64,000 nt of DNA from an uncultured Gammaproteobacteria bacterium (lineage in GTDB: Bacteria; Pseudomonadota; Gammaproteobacteria; JAURND01). Numbering within the stretch: the first letter of the stretch is position 1; each line of letters begins with the position of its first letter. The position numbers and the translations under genes are program-made. Positions 34,247-46,869 of the stretch are shown here, one piece after another. The notes under the pieces were generated by a model. That model saw nothing but the letters and a program-made list of their open reading frames with translations. It did no database searches and was not told the DNA's origin. The stretch covers positions 512,001 to 576,000 of the forward strand of contig CAVQQD010000002.1 of NCBI GenBank assembly GCA_963714975.1, written 5' to 3'.

Positions 34247-35380
34247 ATGAGCGAAGATAAAGAGACTAAAGAAAATAAAGAAACCAGGGTTGAGCCAGAG
34301 GGTGGAGAATTACTGAACCAGTTGAGTAATTTGGATTCAGTCACGCAGGGGGTGCTTTTCGAACAAATGGGCCAATATTTAACTCCCAATGATCAGAAAG
34401 AGTTAAGTGAGGTCAATCATAACTTTCATGACAATCATCCTTTCCTGCCAACTACGTATGAACAGCTAGGGCTAAGCGATTCTGAAATTAAAATTCCTTC
34501 ACATGAACGTTCCAATATTCATCAAATTCTCACTGCCTACTTTAAACACTGCAATTTCGGAACTGAACCACGACCTGATCAAATAGCTGAGCTTTTAAAA
34601 GATGAAAACTTAGGTGGCAAGTTGGCTGTTTTTTGTAGTAAAAATTGGAAAATGGCCCATCTGGTTTGCAAAACTCCCTATTTATGGAAAAAATTACCCC
34701 CCAAAGAGCGAGAAGAATTGCAGCAAGCTATTACTTGGCAAAGTAGTTTAGCTGGCGGTCTAGGCGCTGCAGGCTTAGGTTTGTTAGGTGTGGGTATTTC
34801 AGGGGCTATGATTTTTGGGTTCGAACAATTCTGGGAAAGAGTTGCTTTACCTGGGCTAAGTGCTCAGGTTAATGGCAAACTTCTTAATGATCCTCAATTG
34901 TTACAAGATGTTGCTTGGGTTTTGGCTCTTGTTGTTGTGTTTTTTATATCCACGATCATGCAAGCTTCTGAGAAACCAGAAACAGGTAAACAGGGGGCGC
35001 CAGCTGGGCCTACTATAGCCCCCATACCTTTTGCCTGGTTTACCTATTTATATGATTGCTTTTGCTTTGGTTGGAAGCATGGCCATAAAGTTCTTAATGC
35101 GACAAATGCAGATAAACTCGTTAGCTATGGGATGTTTGCGCCTAGTCAAGGGGATGGGTTTGCTGCTCGAATGTTGCCAATTTGTATGTTGGCGCAGAAG
35201 TATCAACAAAATATGGAAGCCAAACCAGAAGCAATGCTACCTGCAGCTTCCTTTTGGTCATCGGCGCCTACGCCACCGGTTGACGACCGGGGGGAGGGAA
35301 TTGAATTTGCTTTTAGAGATCCTAATAGGGATGCTAACGGGGGCGAACAGGCTCCTTTGCTTGTCCCTTGTCAATCTTGA
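34247..35380 (+). CDS. Hypothetical membrane protein with F-box-like N-terminal motif (candidate effector)
   Basis: LSNL...LFEQMGQYLTPNDQKELSEVNHNF; two TM segments. Confidence 0.6.
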   Translation: MSEDKETKENKETRVEPEGGELLNQLSNLDSVTQGVLFEQMGQYLTPNDQKELSEVNHNFHDNHPFLPTTYEQLGLSDSEIKIPSHERSNIHQILTAYFKHCNFGTEPRPDQIAELLKDENLGGKLAVFCSKNWKMAHLVCKTPYLWKKLPPKEREELQQAITWQSSLAGGLGAAGLGLLGVGISGAMIFGFEQFWERVALPGLSAQVNGKLLNDPQLLQDVAWVLALVVVFFISTIMQASEKPETGKQGAPAGPTIAPIPFAWFTYLYDCFCFGWKHGHKVLNATNADKLVSYGMFAPSQGDGFAARMLPICMLAQKYQQNMEAKPEAMLPAASFWSSAPTPPVDDRGEGIEFAFRDPNRDANGGEQAPLLVPCQS

Positions 35381-35613
35381 GCTCAGGGGAAGAGGGGACT
35401 TAAAAAATTGATTGAAAATGCACTTGCGTAAACGTTAAGACACTACCGATGCTCACACCTTGTTCTACGACTTCTTCGCGTAAGCTTACAATTTGTTCTC
35501 CCAGTTTTTTAATAGCATCGTTGACAGCGCTGATTAAATTGCTCACGAGGGTTGAGAATCAATTTTCCTGGAAAATTGTTGACAGTGTTTAAAAAATTCT
35601 GCATCCTGGAGCC

Positions 35614-36792
35614 ATGCTTATTCATCGCCTATTAGAAAATGCTCTGCTTAAATATCTGGGAAAAGGTAAGAGCATTTTATTGTTGGGGCCGCGACAAACT
35701 GGCAAAACCACTCTAATTAATCAATTATCTTTCACTCGTCTGATTTCTCTAGCCAATCCTCAAGAACGCTTGCGCTATGAAAAGCAGCCTGAGCTGTTAA
35801 CCGCGGAAATGGAAGCTCTTGCGGCAGCAAGTGCAGGTCAGCGTCCTTTAATTGTCGTTGATGAGATACAAAAAATTCCGTTTCTGCTGGATGCTATTCA
35901 AGATTTAATTGATAGAAAGATAGCGCAATTTGTTTTGACAGGTTCATCAGCAAGAAAGTTGCGTAAAGGCACGCAGGTTAATTTATTACCTGGACGCGTT
36001 ATTCCGTTACGCTTAGATCCTTTATTACAAAGTGAAATACCAACGGAATTGTGTGAACTCAATCATTTGATTTTAGATGGTTGTTTGCCGGAAATTGTGC
36101 TGGAAAAGGATGCGCAGATGCGCGAGACTTTGCTTGATGCTTATGTCACTATTTATCTCGAGGAAGAAATTCGTGCTGAGGCTCGTGTGCGAGAATTAGG
36201 CCTTTTTGCTCGCTTTCTTGAACTTGCGGCATCTGAATCAGGTAAAATTGTTAATCTCAGTAAATTATCGCAAGAAATTGGCGTCTCACATTCAACCATT
36301 GCAGGGTATTATCAAATACTTGAAGATTGTTTAATCGTAGAACGCATTGAGCCTATCACCACGAGTAAAGTTCGCAAAAAATTATCCCGATCTCAAAAAT
36401 ATTTATTCTATGATTTGGGGGTCAGGCGGGTTGCTGCTCGTGAAGGGAGGCGCTTATCTCGCGATCAATTAGGACATTTGTTTGAACAATATGTCGGATT
36501 AGAGCTAATTAAGTTATTACGCTTATCATATCCTCGTTTTGTTCTCAAATATTGGCGCGATCCTGGTGGACCTGAAGTGGATTGGGTCGTTGAGACGGAT
36601 TCGGGGTATATTCCTATTGAAATTAAGTCTACCACTGCACCTGGAGTTCAAGATGCCAAGTATCTGCAGATTTTTTTAAATGAATACCCGCAAGCTAAAC
36701 AAGCTTATATTATTTGCCAAAGCCCACATCCGATGAAAATTGCGAGCAATATAACAGCTTTACCCTGGCAACGCCTCGCGGAGATTTTTTGA
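35614..36792 (+). CDS. AAA_14 ATPase with DUF4143 domain
   Basis: GPRQTGKTT, DEIQK, TGSSARKL and EVD...PIEIK motifs. Confidence 0.9.
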   Translation: MLIHRLLENALLKYLGKGKSILLLGPRQTGKTTLINQLSFTRLISLANPQERLRYEKQPELLTAEMEALAAASAGQRPLIVVDEIQKIPFLLDAIQDLIDRKIAQFVLTGSSARKLRKGTQVNLLPGRVIPLRLDPLLQSEIPTELCELNHLILDGCLPEIVLEKDAQMRETLLDAYVTIYLEEEIRAEARVRELGLFARFLELAASESGKIVNLSKLSQEIGVSHSTIAGYYQILEDCLIVERIEPITTSKVRKKLSRSQKYLFYDLGVRRVAAREGRRLSRDQLGHLFEQYVGLELIKLLRLSYPRFVLKYWRDPGGPEVDWVVETDSGYIPIEIKSTTAPGVQDAKYLQIFLNEYPQAKQAYIICQSPHPMKIASNITALPWQRLAEIF

Positions 36793-36796
36793 ATGG

Positions 36797-36868
36797 ATCC
36801 TGACCATTCTGACACCAATTCCGTTTTGGTCATGACTAAAACGGAATTGGTGTCAGAATGGTCAGGAT
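36797..36868. repeat. 72-bp near-perfect palindrome
   Basis: 31-bp perfect arms ATCCTGACCATTCTGACACCAATTCCGTTTT around G-GTCATGAC-T. Confidence 0.92.
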
Positions 36869-36879
36869 GATATTATCAT

Positions 36880-36906
36880 TTGAAACTCTGAGCAGGATCC
36901 CCATAT
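36880..36906 (+). promoter_or_regulatory. Sigma-32 (RpoH) heat-shock promoter of clpB
   Basis: TTGAAA-13 nt-CCCCATAT, about 40 nt upstream of the clpB ATG. Confidence 0.8.
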
Positions 36907-36945
36907 TATGGTTAATGAACTTAACTCTTGAAATCGGAGGAAATA

Positions 36946-39538
36946 ATGCCACGACTAGATAAATTCACCACCTCATTTCAAAATGCCATCATGGATGCCA
37001 AATCCATGGCGTTAGGCTTAGATAACCAAGTGATCGAACCCTTGCATCTAATGAAAGCTTTACTCGAGCAAGAGGCAGGAACAGTGCCGGCTTTGTTAGA
37101 ACAAGCAGGGGTCAATCTTAATCAATTCCAAGCAAAGCTACAGCAAGCATTAGATCGTGTACCCAAAGTGGAGGGAGCTGGCGGTGAATTAATGATTTCT
37201 CATGAATTAGATCGCTTGCTGAATGTGATGGATAAATTAGCGCGAGAGCGAAATGATGCTTTTATTGCTTCTGAACTTTTTGTAGTCGCTGCTCTCAAGG
37301 ATCGAGGTGAATTAGGGCGAATTCTGCGAGAATCAGGCGCCAATGAAGCAGCGTTATTAAGCGCCATTGATAAAATTCGAGGAGGAGAGCGAGTGGAAAA
37401 TCCAGAATCTGAAGGTCAACGTCAAGCCTTGGAAAAATATACGATTGATTTAACTGCCATGGCGAGAAAGGGTAAATTAGATCCAGTCATTGGTCGTGAT
37501 GCGGTGATTATGCGCGTGATTCAAGTGTTGCAACGTCGCACTAAAAATAATCCCGTGTTGATTGGCGAACCTGGGGTGGGTAAAACAGCTATTGTGGAAG
37601 GATTGGCGCAGCGTATTGTCAATGGTGAAGTTCCTGAGGCGATGAAAAATAAACGCATTTTGGCCTTAGACATGGGTGCATTAATTGCCGGGGCGAAATT
37701 TCGTGGTGAATTTGAAGAACGTTTAAAAGCGGTGTTAAAAGATTTAGCCAAACAAGAAGGCCAAATTATTTTATTTATTGATGAATTGCATACGATGGTG
37801 GGGGCGGGAAAAGCAGAAGGTGCCATGGATGCAGGTAATATGTTAAAACCTGCTTTAGCACGAGGTGAATTGCATTGTGTTGGCGCGACCACATTAGATG
37901 AATATCGCAAATATATTGAAAAAGATGCAGCGTTAGAACGTCGTTTTCAAAAAGTATTAGTGGATGAACCCAGCGTTGAGGATACCATTGCTATTTTGCG
38001 TGGCTTAAAAGAACGTTATGAAGTGCATCATGGCGTAGAAATTACTGATCCTGCCATTGTCGCTGCGGCCACCTTATCGCATCGTTATATTACTGATCGA
38101 AATTTGCCTGATAAAGCCATTGATTTAATGGATGAAGCAGCCAGTCAAATTCGCATGGAAATTGATTCCAAACCGGAAGAAATGGATCGATTAGAACGAC
38201 GCTTAATTCAATTAAAAATTGAACGCGAGGCTTTGAAAAAAGAAAAAGATGAAGCCACTAAAAAACGCTTAGAACGATTTAGAAACAGAAATTCAAGCAA
38301 ATTAGAAAAAGAATATGCGGATTTAGAAGAAGATTTGGAAAGCAGAAAAAGCCAGCTTGCAAGGCACGCAGCAAATTAAAGAAGCACTGGAACAAGCGCA
38401 GTGTAGAATTAGAAGCTGCACGTCGTGCCGGTGATTTAGCGCGCATGTCGGAATTACAATATGGCCGTATTCCTGAGTTAGAAAAACAATTAGCGAAGCT
38501 GCCAATTCAGCAGAAAGAAAGGCAACATAAATTATTACGTAATAAAGTGACTGAAGAAGAAATTGCTGAAGTTGTTTCAAAATGGACGCATATTCCTGTA
38601 GCAAAAATGATGGAAGGTGAGCGAGAAAAATTATTGCATATGGAAGAAGCGTTGCATAAACGTGTTGATTGGTCAAGATGAAGCGATTAAAGTCGTTTCT
38701 AATGCGATTCGCCGTTCGCGCGCTGGGTTGTCTGATCCTAATCGACCCATTGGTTCTTTTTTATTTTTGGGCCCCACCGGTGTTGGTAAAACTGAATTAT
38801 GTAAGGCCTTAGCTGGATTTTTATTTGATACTGAAGAGGCGATGGTGCGTATTGATATGTCTGAATTTATGGAAAAACATTCGGTGGCGCGATTAATTGG
38901 CGCGCCTCCTGGTTATGTAGGTTATGAAGAAGGTGGTTATTTAACCGAAGCAGTGCGTCGTCAGACCTTATTCGTGTGATTTTGTTAGATGAAATTGAAA
39001 AAGCACATACGGATGTATTTAATATTTTATTGCAAGTGTTAGATGATGGTCGTTTAACCGATGGTCAAGGGCGCACAGTTGATTTTCGTAATACGGTGAT
39101 GGTCATGACTTCAAATTTAGGTTCGCATTTGATTCAAGAATTGTAGCTGACGAAAGTTATACAGTAATGAAAAAAGCCGTGATGGAAATTGTTAGCAAAC
39201 ATTTTCGTCCTGAATTTATTAATCGAATTGATGAAATGGTGGTATTTCATCCCTTGGATAAAGAGCAGATTACCAGGATTGCTGCGTTGCAAATGGAGCA
39301 AGTGCGAAAACGCCTGCAGGAAAAAGAATTACAATTACAGCTTGATGAGCCTATTTTAGATTTCTTAGCTGATGCGGGCTATGATCCTGTTTATGGCGCC
39401 AGACCATTGAAACGTGCCATCCAGCAATATCTAGAAAATCCTTTGGCGCAGGATATTTTGTCCGGAAAATTTTTGCCAGGGGACACTATCGTGGTGAGTA
39501 TGCGTGATCGTGGTGGGTTAAGGTTTGAGAAGGGATAA
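36946..39538 (+). CDS. clpB: Chaperone ClpB (apparent frameshifts about 38270-39170)
   Basis: [40 protein letters not shown] and GARPLKR motifs. Confidence 0.94.
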
Positions 39539-39545
39539 GTCCCGA

Positions 39546-40379
39546 TCAAGAAGGAGTACCAGGAATACTTGTCACATGTTGTTCTGGTGGAGATGGTTTG
39601 TCACGTGAGCTATCTTTGGCGACGACAGATGGTGGGCTTTGGCGATGCTTAAATAAATCGGTTAGGTTGTTTATTTTCTGTAGTGCGGGTACAGAAATTT
39701 CCAGGTCAGGCAGGCCTGAGTATTTTATCTCGAGTTTTTTTGGTGATAAATTTTGGGATGCTTCATACTCACGCAGGAGTCTGATCTTTGATTTCTCAAA
39801 TAACACAGCATCAATCTCTGGAATAAAAGGGACCAGGCCGATTAAATTGAGGCTGTCTTCTATTTGCGTCAGGTGTTTAACGATGAGTTTAAATTGTTCT
39901 GGGGTAAATGCTCGGCGAAATTCTGCAACCGCTTTAAAGATTATAAGTCCATAGGAAAGCCAGTCTATATTGTTTTGTGTTTTTCTTTGGTGCATATTTA
40001 TTTTTTTTAAATATTTAGCGCAGAAATAAAAATAATCTGGGTCATGTTGTAATTTTTCACATTTTTTTGTCAAATCATCCAGGAAATGAGATTGTCTATT
40101 TAGAAAATTCTGCCAAGATTCGTTTTGGTTCATCCGATAGGGCTTACTATCAAAGAAAGCAGCTATTTGCTCGAGTTTTTCGTGAAGAGCTTGGAATTGC
40201 TGTAGAGAAAGTGAAGGTGTTAGATCAAAATAGTCAATACCATACTGTTTAAATAAATTACGCAGCTGTCGGGCACTGAAAACATTGGAGATTAGCACTT
40301 TCTCGGTGATATAGGCAATTAACGTACTGTATTTTTCTTTACTTGGTTTATCGGATTCCAGCTCGCTCGCGAGCTTCAC
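39546..40379 (-). CDS. Hypothetical helical protein (may be one frameshifted gene with 40348-40581)
   Basis: 277-aa ORF with Pro/Ser-rich tail; no recognised motif. Confidence 0.55.
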   Translation of the reverse strand: MKLASELESDKPSKEKYSTLIAYITEKVLISNVFSARQLRNLFKQYGIDYFDLTPSLSLQQFQALHEKLEQIAAFFDSKPYRMNQNESWQNFLNRQSHFLDDLTKKCEKLQHDPDYFYFCAKYLKKINMHQRKTQNNIDWLSYGLIIFKAVAEFRRAFTPEQFKLIVKHLTQIEDSLNLIGLVPFIPEIDAVLFEKSKIRLLREYEASQNLSPKKLEIKYSGLPDLEISVPALQKINNLTDLFKHRQSPPSVVAKDSSRDKPSPPEQHVTSIPGTPS

Positions 40380-40581
40380 AGAGTGCTCTTAAGTAATGAA
40401 AAACGATATAAGTTTCAGACCGATGTTTTTCACTATCATGAGCTAAGGGTTTTGTCAGATTATCAATCCATAATTGGGCTTCATTTAAAGAATAGTTTAA
40501 AGCATTTGCAAAAAAAATAGATTTTGGTTGAAAATCATGAGGATTGATGGTTGGCAAATGGGGAGGTTTTCGTTGTTCCAT
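40348..40581 (-). CDS. Hypothetical protein (likely N-terminal part of the adjacent ORF)
   Basis: AGGAG RBS before MEQRKPP; overlaps the next ORF. Confidence 0.45.
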   Translation of the reverse strand: MEQRKPPHLPTINPHDFQPKSIFFANALNYSLNEAQLWIDNLTKPLAHDSEKHRSETYIVFHYLRALCEARERAGIR

Positions 40582-40601
40582 AGCAATCTCCTGGGTTTCA
40601 A

Positions 40602-40695
40602 GTGTCATCCCGAGCGCAGCGAGGGATCTGTTGTTCATGCCACATTCATGAGAATCCCTCGCTTCGCTCGGGATGACACCGCTCGGGATGACACC
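40602..40695. repeat. Family B element with a 15-bp terminal duplication
   Basis: GTGTCATCCCGAGCGCAGCGAGGGATC...ATCCCTCGCTTC(GCTCGGGATGACACC)x2. Confidence 0.9.
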
Positions 40696-42377
40696 TAAGG
40701 GAATTTTCTTAAACTAACATACTTAGGTTCCCAAATTTGCTCGTTGATACAGGTTGCGACATCCGCATAAGTGAGGGTAGCCACGCCGTCTTTTTGGGCT
40801 TGCAATGCAACACAAATGGCAATTTCACGAGCAATTTTTTGTGCATTTTTAAGCGGTGGTAATACCGACCCATGCCTATCTTGATGGATAGGCGCACACC
40901 GATTCAGCGCTAGGCACGCTTCCCACAGCATGTTATCAGTAACCTCCTTGGCTTTGACGGTAATGACGCCTAACCCAATTCCTGGAAATATTAACGCATT
41001 ATTGCATTGAGCAATAGGCCAATCTTGATTTTGGTAATGAACAGGTGGGAAAGGGCTGCCAGTGGCAATGAGAGCTTTACCTTGGGTCCAGTGAAATAAA
41101 TCTTCTGGCGTGGCCTCAACTTTTTCTGTGGGATTTGAGAGCGGAAGAATAATTGGTGTTGCAGTGTGTGCTGCCATGGCTTGTACCACTTCTTTCGTAA
41201 AAGCACCACTTTGCGCAGAACAACCAATCAGAATGGTTGGTTTGATATGGGTTACGACATCATATAATTGTGGCGAAGGCAGCCAATCCACTAGTTCATC
41301 GGCGGGGCGAGCAAAGGGGACTTGGGCTGGAGTTAAATCAGTAATGGTATCTACGAGTAAACCGGGTTTATCAATCAACCAAAAGCGTCGGCGGGCTTCG
41401 CTGTAACTTAGGCCCATCCGCACCATGGCAGCGGTGATTTGATTAGCGACCCCAGTTCCGGCACTACCGCTGCCGAAAATGACAATGCGTTGCTCGATTA
41501 AAGAAGAATCCGTACTTTTAATCGCGGCCAATAACGCTGCCAAGGTGGTCGCTCCTGTGCCTTGGATATCGTCATTAAATGAACAAATATCTTGTTGGTA
41601 ACGGTGTAAGATGCGATTGGCATTATCCCGACCAAAATCTTCCCAGTGAAGAAAAACTTGCGGTAAGTTTTCTTTGACTGCCTGCACGAAAAGCTCGATA
41701 AACTCATCATAAGCTCGGCCGCTAATGCGCGGATGGCGTAAACCAAGATAGAATGGGTCATTGAGTAGATCTTCATTATCAGTGCCAAGGTCTAATAGAA
41801 TTGGCAAAGTTCTTAAGGGATTAATTCCGCCGCAAATCGTGTAAACCATTAGTTTCGCCACTGGAATTAACATCGCACCAACCCCTTGGTCGCCAATGCC
41901 TAAAACCCCGCCGCCATCGCTGACTACAATCAAATCCACTTCAGGATTACTGCGGTTCATTAAAATTTCTGGGATACGAAAACGGTCTGCATAGGAAATA
42001 TATAAACCACGAGCTTGCTGAAATTCACGGCTAAATTTTTTAATTGCCGTGCTGACAGTTGGAGTGTAGACGATGGGAATCATCTCTTCTTCATGATGTT
42101 GCATCAACTTGTAAAATAACACTTGATTATAATCATGGAGCTTGTTGAGAAAGATATTTTTTTGCAGTGGTGTGGTATAAGTTTGATATTGCAAATAAGC
42201 ACGTTGTACTTGTTGCTCTAAAGTTTCTATTTGTGCCGGTAATTTTCCAGTAAGATTAAACAGACTGCGCTCTTCTTCGGTAAAAGCGGTCCCTTTGTTT
42301 AGTTGTGGTGTGGTCAATAAAGGCTTGCCACTGAGAGAGGTTTCAATCCAATTTTTTTTAATTTTAAAATTCAGCAT
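40695..42377 (-). CDS. maeA: NAD-dependent malic enzyme
   Basis: NKGTAFT, VYTPTV, LGIGDQG, FNDDIQGT and PLSNPT motifs. Confidence 0.93.
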   Translation of the reverse strand: MLNFKIKKNWIETSLSGKPLLTTPQLNKGTAFTEEERSLFNLTGKLPAQIETLEQQVQRAYLQYQTYTTPLQKNIFLNKLHDYNQVLFYKLMQHHEEEMIPIVYTPTVSTAIKKFSREFQQARGLYISYADRFRIPEILMNRSNPEVDLIVVSDGGGVLGIGDQGVGAMLIPVAKLMVYTICGGINPLRTLPILLDLGTDNEDLLNDPFYLGLRHPRISGRAYDEFIELFVQAVKENLPQVFLHWEDFGRDNANRILHRYQQDICSFNDDIQGTGATTLAALLAAIKSTDSSLIEQRIVIFGSGSAGTGVANQITAAMVRMGLSYSEARRRFWLIDKPGLLVDTITDLTPAQVPFARPADELVDWLPSPQLYDVVTHIKPTILIGCSAQSGAFTKEVVQAMAAHTATPIILPLSNPTEKVEATPEDLFHWTQGKALIATGSPFPPVHYQNQDWPIAQCNNALIFPGIGLGVITVKAKEVTDNMLWEACLALNRCAPIHQDRHGSVLPPLKNAQKIAREIAICVALQAQKDGVATLTYADVATCINEQIWEPKYVSLRKFP

Positions 42378-42410
42378 TATTATTTTTCACTAGTATCAGA
42401 TTTTTGCCAG

Positions 42411-42686
42411 GTGTCATCCCGACTCCAGGGTTGTCATCCCGAACGAAGTGAGGGATCCCTCGCTGCGCTCGGGATGACACCCTGGAGTCGGGATGACACC
42501 CTGGAGTCGGGATGACACCCTGGAGTCGGGATGACACCCTGGAGTCGGGATGACACCCTGGAGTCGGGATGACACCCTGGAGTCGGGATGACACCCTGGA
42601 GTCGGGATGACACCCTGGAGTCGGGATGACACCCTGGAGTCGGGATGACACCCTGGAGTCGGGATGACACCCTGGAGTCGGGATGA
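42411..42686. repeat. Family B palindrome with 11 x 19-bp tandem array of its terminus
   Basis: GGGATGACACCCTGGAGTC x11 at 42471-42679; one inverted unit on the left arm. Confidence 0.96.
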
Positions 42687-42697
42687 TGCCCCGAGAG

Positions 42698-45026
<2,329 letters not shown>

Positions 45027-45031
45027 TCAAG

Positions 45032-45124
45032 CGTCGTCCTGGCATGGATACCAGGATCCAGATCATAGGGACGTGAAACTTTGCATCCTGCAGACTGGAT
45101 CCCTGCTGCCATGCAGGGACGACG
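45032..45124. repeat. Family C element in the divergent intergenic region
   Basis: CGTCGTCCTGGCATGGATACCAGGATCCAG...CTGGATCCCTGCTGCCATGCAGGGACGACG. Confidence 0.88.
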
Positions 45125-45173
45125 TGCTTGCAGGGGATTTTAACATAGTCCATTGAGGTCAAGACAATAAAAT

Positions 45174-45965
45174 ATGACGATTGCCATCTGTGCTGAGGAT
45201 CTTAGTGTTGGATATAAAAATCAAGCAGTGGTTTCTGCCTTTTGTGGCCACATTGAGCAAGGTCAATTTGTCGGGGTATTTGGGGCCAATGGGGCAGGGA
45301 AAACCACATTATTACAATGTGCACTTGGCTTGCTAAAGCCCGTGGCGGGCCGACTTTTGGTTTTAGGAAAGGTCCCGCGAGTGGGAAACCGGAATATCGG
45401 TTATGTGCCGCAAGTTTTGCCTGCAATCAATGTGCCCATTACGGGGCGGAGCTTTTTATTGGCAATTCTGCAAGGCAATCAATGGGGGTTACCTATAGTA
45501 AGGGCAAAGCACCGGCAGGAAGTTGATCGGGTCGTGGAACTTGTGGGCTCGGAACATTATATTAATCGGCCCTTCATGCAACTTTCAGGCGGCGAGAAGC
45601 GCCGCTTATTATTGGCTCAAGCTTTGTTGAATAAACCGAAAATTTTGTTGCTCGATGAACCCTTGGCAAATTTAGACCCACATTATCAATATGTGCTTAT
45701 TGATTTGTTGAAAAGAATCCACCGAGAGTTAGGTATCACGGTTTTACTGACTGCTCACGATGTCAATCCCTTGCTCGAGGTGATGACGCAGGTGCTGTAT
45801 TTAGCGCGAGGTAATGCGGCAATGGGGAGAGTCGAGGAGGTGATCACCAGCCAAGCCTTATCTTCTCTTTATGGTTCCCCAATAGAGGTAATTCGGCTTA
45901 AAGGTCGGATTCTTGTGATCCACAGTGCTACAGGACAACATGAAGATGCTGCATGTCATCATTGA
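45174..45965 (+). CDS. Zn/Mn ABC transporter ATP-binding protein
   Basis: GANGAGKTT, IGYVPQ, LSGGE and LLLDEP motifs. Confidence 0.88.
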   Translation: MTIAICAEDLSVGYKNQAVVSAFCGHIEQGQFVGVFGANGAGKTTLLQCALGLLKPVAGRLLVLGKVPRVGNRNIGYVPQVLPAINVPITGRSFLLAILQGNQWGLPIVRAKHRQEVDRVVELVGSEHYINRPFMQLSGGEKRRLLLAQALLNKPKILLLDEPLANLDPHYQYVLIDLLKRIHRELGITVLLTAHDVNPLLEVMTQVLYLARGNAAMGRVEEVITSQALSSLYGSPIEVIRLKGRILVIHSATGQHEDAACHH

Positions 45966-46779
45966 TTTCTTTACTCTGCCATTTCAATACGATTTTATGC
46001 GCAATGCATTTTGGGCTGGCAGCATGGCTGCGATCGTAGCAAGCTTAGTGGGTTTTTTTGTGGTGGTGCGACAAATTGGTTTTGCGGCCCATGCTTTAGG
46101 ACATATCAGCTTTGCCGGCGCTTGTGGGGCGATTCTGTTGGGTTGGTTGCCCATTATTGGCCAGCTGGTTGTTACTTTAGGCGCAGGCATTATTATGGGC
46201 AGTATGGGTCGACGTTTGAACGAAAAGGATACCATTATCGGGGTGACATTAGCATTGGCTTTGGGAGTGGGTGTGTTGTTGCTACATTTTTTTCGTTCCT
46301 ATAGCGGTCAGGCCAATAGTATTTTATTTGGTGATTTATTGGGCGTATCCACTTCCGCTTTGCGTTGGATGGCTTCTTTGATGCTATTAGCGATTTTGGG
46401 TTTGGGGTTGCTAGCGCGCAGGCTGTGGTTTGCAAGTTTAGTGCCGACATTAGCTCAGGCGAAAAGTATTTCATTAACCTGGATTTCACTACTATTTTTT
46501 TCTATCATGGCGCTAGCAATTACTTTAGCTAGTCAGGTTGTTGGAATTTTATTAGTATTTACCCTAATTGTGGGCCCTCCTGCCATTGCCTTGCAGTGGT
46601 CGAAAAATTTTTGGAGTGCCATGGGCGTATGTTGTGCTACCGGAGTTTTAATCGTATGGCTAGCGGTTTATTTATCTTATTATACTGACTGGCCAGTTAG
46701 CTTTTGGATTAGTACAGCTGTATTCGTGCTTTATGTGATAGGGGTACTTTTGCGAGGCCAGGTAGTTTCTGAAGCGTAA
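45940..46779 (+). CDS. Zn/Mn ABC transporter permease
   Basis: FAAHALGH, ILFGDLLG and VGILLV motifs. Confidence 0.88.
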   Translation: MKMLHVIIDFFTLPFQYDFMRNAFWAGSMAAIVASLVGFFVVVRQIGFAAHALGHISFAGACGAILLGWLPIIGQLVVTLGAGIIMGSMGRRLNEKDTIIGVTLALALGVGVLLLHFFRSYSGQANSILFGDLLGVSTSALRWMASLMLLAILGLGLLARRLWFASLVPTLAQAKSISLTWISLLFFSIMALAITLASQVVGILLVFTLIVGPPAIALQWSKNFWSAMGVCCATGVLIVWLAVYLSYYTDWPVSFWISTAVFVLYVIGVLLRGQVVSEA

Positions 46780-46781
46780 CT

Positions 46782-46844
46782 AAATCCCCTCCCCCCATAA
46801 GCTTTTGCATTATTCCTTCTCCCCTGGTGGGAGAAGGAATAATG
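46782..46844. repeat. Family A-derived hairpin; possible terminator
   Basis: CATTATTCCTTCTCCC-ctggt-GGGAGAAGGAATAATG. Confidence 0.7.
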
Positions 46845-46869
46845 TCAAAGGGTGTATCAGGAGTAATAT

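Noticed and set aside
42471-42679. Possible CRISPR array
   Set aside because: Units are identical head-to-tail 19-mers with no unique spacers and no cas genes; it is a tandem expansion of a family B end.
46843-46862. Pho box upstream of pstS
   Set aside because: Only a single TGTCA half-site; no convincing 11-bp-spaced repeat.
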